From NCBI RefSeq assembly GCF_964213995.1, contig NC_135806.1, forward strand, positions 107,260,001 through 107,324,000: a stretch of DNA of 64,000 nt, read 5' to 3'. Shown in pieces: positions 1-12,900 of the stretch. Every line of letters begins with the position of its first letter. The first letter of the stretch is position 1. This stretch comes from Mustelus asterias (Eukaryota). Below the pieces are notes generated by a model. It had not been told where the DNA came from. It made no database searches and worked only from the letters and a program-made list of their open reading frames with translations. Position numbers and translations under genes: made by a program.

Positions 1-826
1 GGAGAGGTGCAGTCAACTGAAATATAATTATCAAATGTTTATCTAAAAATTCCAACTAACTTAGAACTACAGTTCATAAGCTTCACTGATCTAGTGCAAG
101 GCTCCAAATTGCAGATGAGCAGCTTGTTTAATGACACAGAACCATTCCCCACATAGCTTGTAAGAAAATTCATGCCAAAACAGAAGCAGCCACATTAGTA
201 CTGATTGAAAGGGCAAGCCGCAGCTAGAAAAATAATTATTCGAGCGTCAATTTGACTCAGTTGGTTGCACTCTCACCTGAGTCAAAAGGTTATGGGTTTA
301 AGTCTCACTGCAGGATTTCAGCACATAACCTAGGCTGACATTGTAATAGGGGCTATTTTTCAGATGAAAGATTAAATCAAGGCTTCGTCTATCTTCCTGG
401 ATGGATACAAAAGATTCCATGGTACTAAGTGGAGGACAGGAGATGTTCCTGAAGTGAAAATTTGACAGGCTTACAGCGTTTGGTTTCTCTCCTCTTCTCC
501 CGGTCTTTTCCTCCCTCCCTTCCATTCAGTCTTCACTATGATTATCAGCTTCAGTGACCTGCCACACAATGTAGTCTCAAATCTCTGCCAATGTTGTACC
601 CCCTTTGATCACTGTTTCAAGTGAATAATTTAGTTTTGACTCTCGTTTCTGAATAGCATTCCCAAAAGTGTGAATGCACCATCACACAACCATTGTTAAG
701 AAAATAAATCTGTATTTTTTTTCAATTTCATATGCACTGATCAACCTGGATAATTTTATAAAATTAAATGTAGAATAAAAACAGAAGTCATACACAGGAA
801 GTAAAGGGGTTTACTGGGATTTTTAC

Positions 827-942
827 CTCCAATGTTGTAACCTCAGTGAAGTGTTTCTTGTCTACCGGCAATGTTTTTTGAAATGTGTGCTGATCTTTTG
901 CATCTAGCATGGCAAGTAGCTCTGAACATTGTTGATTCAAAA
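827..942 (-). CDS. CCDC125: CCDC125 coding exon 7 (116 nt)
   Basis: VLNQQCSELLAMLDAKDQHTFQKTLPVDKKHFTEVTTLE, tag/gtaa boundaries. Confidence 0.9.
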
Positions 943-3900
943 CTAAGAAAACAAATATAATGAGATATATGAAACAAATAGATGTGTTTAGTTAAAGGGT
1001 CGCAGTAAACATTTTAAAACAACAAAAAGATGCCACAAAATCAACTTGCAATGTTTCCAAATCTGGTCACTTTGATAGTGTTTTAAACAAGACTCAAATA
1101 ACTTATAAAACCTTTTGGTTATAAACCAAATATTTTAATGCATGCACAAATATTATGTTTGTATTTTGCAAGGAGTTACTCCAGTGGACTGACTGACCAG
1201 AAAGCGGACTTTTAATTATAAAGCTACTGTTTTCCATTTCTCCCGGTAAAAGTAGAAAAGTCAGAAGTTGGTATTCCAATTGCCAAATCTAATTGGGATA
1301 AAAAGCCACTGATTGGTTAACTGCAGAGGGTAAAATTACATCAGAATATTTTTCTGTCAAAATTCAAATCAAAATCTTCAGGCGGACAAGTATGTTGGCG
1401 ATGCAATTTAGAGTGTGCCAGTGCAAGAATGCTTTGTGAGGTGAGGCCTTCATATCAGGGAAAAGGCATATTTGGGAGAGGGTAGACGGCTGATGGAATT
1501 TAAATTCAATTAATAAAAAATGTCAGGTAGGTAGAGGCGAGGCCACAATCAAATTAGCCACGAATCATGGAGCGGGCTTGAAAGGTCAAACGTCCTGGCA
1601 TTGAGAGCCCGAGGCTAGAAACAGGAGGGATGATAATTCCATGTAATCAAAGAGTGTGCCAAAACTCAAGAATGTCACTACATGAATAATCATCGTTTAG
1701 GAAATCTAATAGAAGTCATGGTCCATAAAGGAGTCACCACCTTGAAAGATTGAGTGTATCGGAGCATATAAATGGGAACAAGAAATTTTTAAAATATCAA
1801 TACTACAGGGCGGCACGGTAGCACAGTGGTTAGCACTGCTGCTTCACAGCTCCAGGGTCCCGGGTTCGATTCCCGGCTCGGGTCACTGTCTGTGTGGAGT
1901 TTGCACATTCTCCTCGTGTCTGCATGGGTTTCCTCCGGGTGCTCCGGTTTCCTCCCACAGTCCAAAGATGTGCGGGTTAGGTTGATTGGCCAGGTTAAAA
2001 ATTGCCCCTTAGAGTCCTGTGATGCGTAGGTTAGTGGGATTAGCGGGTAAATATGTGGGGGTAGGGCCTGGGTGGGATTGTGGTCGGTGCAGACTCGATG
2101 GGCCGAATGACCTCCTTCTGCACTGTAGGGTTTCTATGATTTCTAGAACATGAAAGGTGGCAAATCTGATCTTCAGTCTGCTAGGTGAGTCAATTCACCC
2201 AGAAAGCTTGCTGCAATTGAACTCAAGGCCAGGTTTAGGGAGGGAAAAACTGGCAAAGGAACTCACTCCAAATCGCTTTCCAATGTGTATCTGGTGAGAA
2301 TGCAAGCAAGGATCTGACTCTGACTGTAACATGAACGGTCTGCCAAGACTCACCATCAAGGATCAAAAATGAATGATGGTCATTTGAGCGGAAGAGAAAA
2401 ATATAATGGGTCCAAAAATGTTCCTGGGCAATTCATCATTGGATCGGCAAGTTAGTAGCTGGACCATCCAAACAACAAAGTATACAGGTCAATCAGTTGT
2501 TTATTAGTCTCAGCTGAATTGTGGTAGGGTGACTACAATTGGCCTTGGTGATAAAAGGTTAAATTGCAACCCTTGCTTGAAGCCTATTGGTTTGAATATT
2601 ATTGGAGGGGACAGGAACAGTCTTTGCTGTAATACAGTCAAATAGTCTGCCAGCATTCAACATTAAGACTCTCATATGAATAATGATCAAGGTATTCTCA
2701 GATTTTTAACATTGTTTTCACCACTGGAACTTGCATCTGAATCTGTCCCAGACTGATGCAATGAAGAGCTCCTTCACCTTGTCACAGTACAATAAAGCAC
2801 TATACTCACCAGCATTTTCTGATTTGAGATCCCGAATCTCAGCATCTTTTGCCTCCAAAGTTTTTGTAAGTTCAGCATTTTCAATATACATCCTGTGAAG
2901 AAAAGGAAAATTGAAGATTTCATTGTTCGTGTGCAAGCACTTAAGGAAATAGAATTTCAAATAAAGAGCTTCAACAGTCATGCATAATTATTTGACAAAT
3001 AGAAAAGTTAGTTCAACAAAAATTTAACTAGTGGCATGATATTACAGTACCAACAAAAATGACTCAACCAATTAAGTGTTGATTGATCTTCAATCCGTAT
3101 GGGAACAGAGGGATGTACAGAACTAGGGAAGATAACTGCAGCTAATTTGAGTATTCCCATTGAGTATTACAGAGGGGACGAGAACGGCAAGAAATTAAGT
3201 GGAAAAGCCTGGAAAATTAAAATCAGAAAGGTTCAAAGTGATTGGGATTAGTAATTAACAAGAGGCAAAGAAAAATCTATTTGCCCAAGCCATAGGCCTT
3301 CCTCCTGTGAACACAGGAATTCAACTCAAAAACTGCCCATCACCATGATGTGGAGATGCCGGCGTTGGACTGGGGTAAGCACAGTAAGAAGTCTCACAAC
3401 ACCAGGTTAAAGTCCAACAGGTTTATTTGGTAGCAAATACCATAAGCTTTCGGAGCAACATTGCTCCGAAAGCTTATGGTATTTGCTACCAAATAAACCT
3501 GTTGGACTTTAACCTGGTGTTGTGAGACTTCTTACTGTCATCACCATGATCACAGAGATCATTACACACTTGACATATCAACATAGACGTTTGATTTGAA
3601 TTACAAACATATGCGTGCTGTTACTTTGCAGAGAAAGATAATGTGATGTACAGTAAATATATGCAAGATACCACTGGACAAGTGAAATTTGCAACAGAGG
3701 CTTTCTAACCACAGCAAATGCCCGAATGAATCAGAATTTACGCCAGAATTTAATCAGTCAGCTGAATGAAAATTGCATAAGGCTTGAGCAATTCCATCCC
3801 CATCACCCCAAACCCAATATGAATTCACTCTATAAGGGAGCGACAAGAACCTCAATAGGAATGAGAAACCAAATGGGGAAACATACAAGGGAAGAAACAA

Positions 3901-6900
3901 CAAATAAACCATGTGGGATTCGAGTGAACGCAATCAAAAATTCAAGGTCAAAATAAGTTGCCTTTACTATATCCCTCCCCGCTCCCCCACCACCATCATA
4001 CCACTCTTCACCCCCTAACCTATTAAGGGAAATTAAAATTAACTGGCTTGATTACAGAATCTTCATGTTCCTCAAAGGAAGGTTTTATCATCTCAAAACA
4101 CAGAGTTATCATGACAAATTTTTGCATTCATAAGTCTACTAACCGATCATATCTTGTAATCCAGAACTGTTCTACATTCTTAAATTTATCCTGTTTCAAG
4201 TCATTTTCCCACTGTAATACATTTATCTCCTGTAAAAAGAGCAACAAACGATTAAATACTTATTTACCAATGTCATCAAAGTAACATTGCACAAGGCTTT
4301 CTGAACCTCTGCATCCTCTTTCAATAATCCTGAGGCCAGCAGTTATGGACACATTAGAGGCACACAAGCACTGATAAGGCATCGGAGAAAGATTAGGATT
4401 TTTAAAAAAATACAGATTTCATACCAAAGTACAGTGAAACCTCTTCTGACTAAGATCAGCTACCTTTGCTTCAGGAATTAATACTTGGATTTGTAGGGCT
4501 AGGTCAACTACAAGAGGGCACAGGTTTAAGATGAGAAGGGGTAAGCTTAGGGGAGATGTGCGGGAAAAGTTTTCACACAGAGGGTGGTGGGCGCCTGGAA
4601 CACACTGCCAGTGGAGGTGGTGGAAGCAGGTGCGTTAGCAACATTCAAGGTGTATCTTGATAAGACACATGAACAATACCCTCGGGTTTTGAAAAACATG
4701 GCTGCAGAGATAGTGGATGTCTTAGTTATGACTTTTGTTAGGGATCAGACCAGAAACTCCAAGGTACATTACGAAGTTAACCAAGACCCTAACTTTTCCT
4801 TTTGATTTTGGCATTCGGGTGAGCATAAGGTGTTTAGCTCTAAGTATAATTCAATTGGCCCACGAGGAAGCTTTTATCAAAACAAACTTTATTTAAGAAC
4901 ACTGATGGAATATAACAAAACAAATTAATATAACTTTTACCAATTAAAATACTTAAATATGACAAAGTATCATTCTTAATAGCTATCCATCTCTATTGTT
5001 CCAATTTAGCAGTATCTCCACAAACATAAATCTCTTCTTCAGAATCAGTCAGCGCCAAAAGTAGATGTCGATTTTCGAGTTTGCTGACGACACCACCGTA
5101 GTGGGTCGGATCTCAAACAATGACGAGACGGAGAACAGGAATGAGAGAACCTGGTGAACTGGTGCAGCAACAATAATCTCTCCCTCAATGTCAACTAAAT
5201 GAAGGAGATAGTCATTGACTTCAGGAAGCATAGTGGAGAACATGCCCCCGCCTACATCAATGGGGATGAAGTAGAAATGGCTTCAGGTTTTTAGGTGTCC
5301 AGATCACCAACAACTTGTACTGGACCCCCTATGCTGACACTATAGTTAAGAAAGCCCACTAACGCCTCTACTGTCTCAGAAGACTAAGGAAACTTGGCGT
5401 GTTCGCTACGACTCTCACCAATTTTTACAGATGCCCCATAGAAAGCATTCTTTCTGGTTGTATCACACCCTAGTTATGACTGCCTACACCCTCGCTATAG
5501 CTGTAACATTATATTCTGCACTCTCTCAATTCCCTCTCTATGAATGGTTTGCTTTGTCTATATAGTGCACAAGAACATAAGAAATAGGAGCAGGAGTCGG
5601 CCATCTAGCCCCTCGAGCCTGTCCCGCCATTCAATAAGGTCATGGCTGATCTGAAGTGGATCAGTTCCACTTACCCGCCTGATACCTATAACTCCTAATT
5701 CCCTTACCGATCAGGAATCCGTCTATCCGTGATTTAAACATATTCAACGAGGTAGCCTCCACCACTTCAGTGGGCAGAGAATTCCAGAGATTCACCACCC
5801 CCCGAGAAGAAGTTCCTCCTCAACTCTGTCCTAAACTGACCCCCCTTTATTTTCAGGCTGTGCCCTCTAGTTCTAGTTTCCTTTCCAAGTGGAAAGAATC
5901 TCTCCACCTCTACCCTATCCAGCCCCTTCATTATCTTATAGGTCTCTATAAGATCCCCCCTCAGCCTTCTAAATTCCAATGAGTACAAACCCAATCTGCT
6001 CAGTCTCTCCTCATAATCAACACCCCTCATCTCTGGTATCAACCTGGTGAACCTTCTCTGCACTCCCTCCAAGGCCAATATATCCTTCCGCAAATAAGGG
6101 GACCAATACTGCACACACTATTCCAGCTGCGGCCTCACCAATGCCCTGTACAGATGCAGCAAGACATCTCTGCTTTTATATTCTATCCCCCTTGCGATAT
6201 AGGCCAACATCCCATTTGCCTTCTTGATCACCTGTTGCACCTGCAGACTGGGTTTTTGCGTCTCATGCACAAGGACCCCCAGGTCCCTCTACACAGAGGC
6301 ATGTTGTAATTTCTTTCCATTTAGATAATAATCCAATTTGCTATTATTTCCTCCAAAGTGAATAACCTCGCAATGGAAACAATACTGTCACTAGATTTCC
6401 AGCCTTTTAGTACCTCTGGACTATGATCCAGACAGTTTTCTGACTCTCATACAGCAGAATCTCAGAGCAAGTTTCACTGCCAAACAGCAGAATCTCATAG
6501 AAAGATACTTATTTCCTGGCAGATTCCAGTCTCCAACTTCTGAGAGGAAAAGAGAGGCAATGCTCTTTAACAATCCAAGCAGCATCTGACTTGAATATTC
6601 TGTGTAAGCCTAGCTTCACCCAGTTGCATGATTTGTTCCCTGTCAATCATCCTAATCGAGTTCCGATCTGCAAAACCCCAGGGGAATCACTAAAATCAGT
6701 AGAACTGCATTAGTTCAGATTGAAACAAATATTCTAGCAATTAGGAGCAATTATGCTGCTGCAATATCCATAGAGGATTTCGGTTGTAGACCCAGCAGCA
6801 CTGGTTAGAACAAACCATAAAAGAAACAATCCTACACAAGATACATGACTTAAATACATTTCTTAAAGGCACAGTATTGTCACATTTTTCAGAATTCCAC

Positions 6901-9900
6901 AAATTCTAGAACAGTCCCTATGGATTAGAAAAGTAGCAGATATCATTTCAGAAAGGAAAACAGGTGACTTCCAGCCAATTAGTCTCACATCAGAAGTAGG
7001 GAGATTGCTGGAATCTATTGTTAAGTGGTAACAGTGCGCTTAGAAAATCACTATGATTGGACAAAGTCAACCCGATTTTATGAAAAGGAAATTATGCTCA
7101 ACAAACCTGTTGGAATTTTTTTTTTAGGGTGTACCTAGTATGATGGTCAAAAGGGAAACCAGTGAATGTAGTATATTGGATTTTCAGAAGGCATTCAATA
7201 AGGTGCCACAAAAGGCATTATTATTCAAGATTAGGGCTCATGGGGTTAATGTAATTTATTGGCCAAAGATTGAAGTTTGGTTAAAGGACATAAATGAAGA
7301 ACAGAAATAAACAGGTCATTTTGGGTTGACAATTTGCAACTAGTGGAGTGCTGCAAACATCAGCCTGGGACTTAACTATTTACATTCTATATTAATGACA
7401 TGGATAGAACAAAGAACAATACAGCACAGGGACAGGCCCTTTGGCCTACCAAGCCTGCGCCGATTGTCGGCTTTTATCCTGCTGTTCACCTCCCGTTCAT
7501 GTTCTTATGTCCCCCTGAAGTCTATTTCTGTCCTCCTCACCATTCATAGTATGTCACCTGTAAACTTAAAATTGCTCCCTTTTTAACACAATCCAAAACA
7601 TAAAGAGCAGTGATATCAGTACTGACCAGTGTGGGGCACCACTAAACACTTCCTTCCAATCTGAGAAATACCCATTCAATACAATATTTAATCTGCACTT
7701 TTCATTCCTTTTAGCCAATTTTGTATCCACACAGCCACTCTCTTTTTGATCCCAAAGGCTTCAATTTAGCTATCAAGTCTATCATGTGGTGCTTCACCAT
7801 ATGCCTTTTTAAAATCCATACACAAGTCAGCTCTACTATCCTCATCAACCCACTCCATTAAATCAAAGAATTTCAATTAATCAACCGAGATTTGCCTTTT
7901 AAAAAACCTGTGCTGACTTTCATTTACTAACTAATTTTACGAAATTCCAATTAATTTTGTCTTGGATTATTGTCTCTAAATGTTTCCATACCACTGAGAT
8001 TAGGCTGACAGTTGCCAGGTTTATCCCATTCCCCTTTTTAAAAATAGGGATATAACAATTATAATCTGCCAGTCATCTGGCAATACTCCCATATCCAAGG
8101 ACGACTGGAAGATTATGACCAGAGACTCCACAATTTCCACCCTTATTGCCCTCAGCAAGCTAGATTGCAGCTGGTGTGGACTGGGTGACCTTACTATCCA
8201 TGCATTATTTTTGGTACCTTTGCTTTATTTTTATTCAGTCCAATTTCTCCAATACCTTTGTTCTTTACTGTGACATTGGCAACATGTTTTTCTTTTGCAA
8301 AGACAAATGCAACATACTCATTTAGTACATCAGCCATGCCCTTGGTCTCCACAAAATTCTCTCCTTTTTGGTCAATTAATTGACCCTTTTCCTTGACTTT
8401 CCTTTTACTAAAGAGTACATTACACAAAGATAACATGCCAAGGTTGTTCTGATGATGCTCTCCCAGATATCAAATCACAACAAAAGCAAAATGTCCTTTG
8501 TAACTCACTTGAGAAAAGGAGGAAGATTCCACACAATTACCCAATGGAACAAAATGTAAATGAAACTGAAACACTGTTTAAAGATAACATTCGGACCATC
8601 CCGATGGTCATAAGTCAACAATATAAACATTATCATGCAAGATAAATGGAGAAAAGGTACACCACACAAGACAGATTCATTAAAAGAGTAACGCATGTTG
8701 TGCACAAACTTGTTAATGCAAAAAATTACAATTTGGAAAAGAATAGTTATAAACTTGATTTGAAAAAGGTAGAATCTCCAAATATATTTTATTTGTAATA
8801 TAAATTATTTTTTAATTTTAAATGATTTGTACTTAGCTGGACTTCTTAAAGAAACATAATTTAAATTGAAATGAAAATGTTTCTACAATAACTAAGAGGA
8901 ATTGGAAAAAAATAAATATTTGCATTTATCTACACGCGATTTACCTTTTCTAAAATCTTATTTCGTTCTCCTGTTTTTTGAAGTAATGTCTTTGTATGTG
9001 TAGTGGCTTTATCAAGCACAGCCTGTTAAATATAGAGTGGTACAATCGTAAGTACATTGGAACATATGCAGGACATCATTTATTTTCCATATTTAGAAGA
9101 AAAGCACTTTGAAGAAAGCTGACAAATGAATAGTAGAAAACTTCAAATACTATTACAGTATGGGCAAAAGAAATTTTGTCCCTTTACTTGGATAGGTTTT
9201 AAGTAGTTTGGTTCACTCAAAATAGTATTGGCCAGCTGTGGCTCTGGCACATCATTATGAAATTCTCCCAGTTTTCTGCATTGCCAATGCAGATGTTCTT
9301 TGTCACAAGAACAAAAACCTCTTTTATTAAACCACTCTCAGAATGTGGGCATCACTGGCAAGGCCAGTCCATCTTAACAAGCCATTTTTTTGAACCACTG
9401 AATGCAGTTTAGTAATAGAGTGGCTTGCTACACCATTCCAGTGAGCAGTTAAGACTCAATCATGTTGGCTGTGGATCTGGAATCACATAGACCAGTCCGA
9501 TTAACAATGGCAGATTGCCTTCTCTAAAGAGGTTGAATTTTTACAACAATCCAGTTGTTTTGTGGTCACTATTATTGATATTAGCTTTTAATTACAAATG
9601 TATTTAATGATTTGAATTCAAATTCCCCAGCTGCTGCTGGAATTTGAACAAACCTCAAAATCATTTGTCCAGGTGCATGGGATTACTAGTCCAATAACAT
9701 AAATGCAATGTGACCACTGTGGTCATTTTTCCCCTGCATCTTAAATAACTTGCTCCATTATATTCACATCTTTTTATTCTATTACTGCATTTTCATGGCC
9801 TCATTAAGATAATCTTTCTACATCATAGTCATTGCTTCCTTTCTGTTTTTCCAAAGAAAAACCCTGAAGGGGCAGTATAACATTGTCAGCCATTTAGAGA

Positions 9901-12900
9901 GGACAAGTAAACATGGTTGGCACCCTGCAAGAAATTTACAACTGTTGCTGGGTCAAAATCCTGGAATTCCCTCTCTAACAGCACAGTGTACCAATACCTC
10001 AGGGACTGCGGCAGTTCACGAACACAGCTCACCACCATCTTTTGAAGGGCAACTGGGGATGGGCAATAAATGCTGGTCAGCCAGCAATGCCCACATCCCG
10101 TAAATTAATTTTTAAAAAAAAGTTCAGCAGGTAATAAAGTTTAAAAGTTTATTAATTAGTGACACATTAATTAGTGACACTGCAATGAAGTTACTGTGAA
10201 AATCCCCCAGTCGCCACATTCCAACACCTGTTCGGGTACATTGAGGGAGAATTTAGCATGGCCAATGCACCTAATCAGCATGTCTTTCTGACTATGGGAG
10301 GAAACCCACAGACATGGGGAGAACTCCGCACAGTCACCCAAGCCGGGAATCAAACCCGGGTCCCTGGCGTGGTGAGGCAGCAATGCTAACCACTGTGCCA
10401 CCCCATAGGGAAGGCAAATGAATGTTGGCCCTCATATCAAAGAGAATGGAGTACAAAAATAGGTAAGACTTGCCAAAACTATACAGGCACTAGTTTAACC
10501 ACACCTGGAATACTCTGAACAGTTTTGGTCCCCTTACCAAAGGAAAAACATAAGAGCATTGGAGGCAGTCCAGAGAAGGTTCATGACGTTGATCCTAGGA
10601 ATGGAGGAATTTTCTTATGAGCGGAGACTAAGTCTGTACTCATTGGAGTTTAAATGAGAGGCAAACGTATTGAGACATATAGGATTCGCAGGGGGCATGA
10701 CAGGGTAGATGCTGAGAGGCTGTTTTCCCTTGTGGCAGAGTCGAGGACCAGAGAGTAAGGGAATCTCAGAATAATGGATCACCCATTTAAGATGTGGAGA
10801 TGCCGGCGTTGGACTGGGGTAAACACAGTAAGAAGTTTAACAACACCAGGTTAAAGTCCAACAGGTTTATTTGGTAGCAAAAGCCACACAAGCTTTCGGA
10901 GCTCCAAGCCCCTTCTTCGGGTGAGTGGGAATTCTGTTCACAAACAGGGCATATAAAGACACAAACTCAATTTACATGAATAATGGTTGGAATGCGAATA
11001 CTTACAGCTAATCAAGTCTTTAAGAAACAAAACAACGTGAGTGGAGAGAGCATCAAGACAGGCTAAAAAGATGTGTCTTGTCTAGAAGATGCACTACCAG
11101 CCTTACTTGAATAACACTCATTTCTCTGCCACTGAGGGGGAGGGAGAAATATCATGGAGACATCACTTCAAAGTTCCCTTCCAAGTCATGCACCATCCCA
11201 ATTTACAGCTATATATAGTAATTTCTTCATTGTTGTTTAGTCAATATATGATTCATAGTCAGGAACTCAACTTCCTGTGCAAAGCAGTCAATAGTAGCTA
11301 AGGATAATCACCAGTGAAGCTTCTATAATCTGCTTCAAAACAATAGCTATTCAATGGAACTCTCTTCCTATCAGCACTCTGAGTGCCACCACACCACATG
11401 AACTGAAAGGCAGCGGCTCACTACCACCTTCTCGCGGGCAAGTAGGGATGGGCAATTAATGCTGGCCTTGCCAGCGACACCACATTCTGCAAAAGAATAA
11501 AAATCTTAAACTTTTATTTTTCTATTCATAAATCTAGGAATCATATTTACTTTAAAAGAGTTTCTAACAAAATATAGCAACCAAACTATTCCCTTGAGCG
11601 AAAGCTAAACTTTCAGTAATGCTGAGTTATTGGTACGAATGTGGTAGGACTGTATAGTCACATCAGATTTCCTCTTCCACTGCATGAGGCACAACTCATC
11701 AGTGGCATTAAAACATCAGAGTCCAGTGTTTGAGATTAGTAACATTGACATGCAACTCACCATGCCCTGTAATATTTTTAATGCTTCATATTTTCCCTCA
11801 AGTTGTTGTTGTGTTACTTCAAGCTCAGATCGCAGAAATTCTGCTTCCTGCACAATATAAAACTTAGCAATTAATCACAAAATTACAGTTCTTGAAATAA
11901 GCAATAAAAATTGCATGAAAAATCATTACCAAGAGTTGGAATGGTGCTTCATTAACTCTTCTTAGAATGTTCCATATTAATCAGTGCAATTCTTTTTTAC
12001 TCTTTAATGAGACATGGCCGTCACTGGCGAGGCCAGCATTTTTATTGCCCATTTATTGCCTAATTGCGTTTAAGAGTATGGTGGTGAGTGCCTCCTTGAA
12101 CTGCTGCAATCCATGCAGTTTAGGTACACCCACAGTGCTGTTAGGGAGGGAGTGCCAGGATTTTGATCCAGTAACAGTGAAGGAACGACAATTCCAAGTA
12201 AGGATGGTGTGAGGTTTGTAGGGGAACTCGCAGGCAGCAATTTTCCCATGCATCCGCTACTCTGACCTTCTCAGTGGTAGAGGTCGCAGGTTTGGGAAGT
12301 GCTGCTTTGAAACCATGGTGAATCTCTGCAGTGCATCTTGTAGATGGTGCACACTGCTGTCACTTTGCATTAGTGGTGTAGTGAGTGGATATTAAAAGTG
12401 GTGGATGGCTGCCAATCAAGAAGGCCGTTTTGTCCTGGAAGGTGTCAAGCTTCTTCAGTGTTGTTGGAGCTGCACACACCCAAGCAAATGGAGAGTATTC
12501 CATCACACTACTGACCTGTGCCTTGTAGATGGTGGACAGGCTTTGCAGAGTGAGGTGGTGAGTTACTCATTGCAGAATTCCTAGCCTCTGACCTGCTCTT
12601 GTAGCCACTGTATTTATATGGCTAGTCCAGTTCAGTTTCTGCTCAATGGTAACCCCCAGGATCTTGATAGTGGGAGATTCAGAGATGGTAATGCCATTGA
12701 ATGTCATCGGGAGATGGTTGGATTCTATCTTGTGTGGCGCAAATGATACTCACCACTTATCAGCCAACACCTTAATATTATCCAGGTCTTGCTCCACAGT
12801 CTGCTTCAGAACCTGAGGGGTCTTGAAATGGTGCTGAACATTGTGCAAGCATTTAAAAAAAAATCCCCACTTCTGACTTTATGATGGAGTAAAGGTCATT

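Larger units (their letters stand above)
4736..6884. mobile_element. Solo-LTR-like insertion (TG...CA) splitting an old CR1 fragment, itself interrupted by younger LINEs
   Basis: The CR1 reading gttatgacttt / tttttcagaattcc is split by tgttagg...gtcaca. Imperfect 4-bp TSD cttt/tttt. Confidence 0.55.

Noticed and set aside
1808-1880. tRNA-like sequence with A and B boxes
   Set aside because: It is a SINE head continuing into core and tail; no complete tRNA cloverleaf.
1826-2029. Recurrent short ORFs MVSTAASQ.../MAQWLALLPH... (also 10171, 21045, 35290, 37381, 58955)
   Set aside because: They are incidental translations of HE1 SINE copies, not a gene family.
3381-3538. Palindrome as a microRNA precursor or CRISPR-like repeat
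   Set aside because: Perfect arms, a TSD and homology to the Penelope fragment at 10791 point to a TE origin. There is no repeat-spacer array anywhere in the window.
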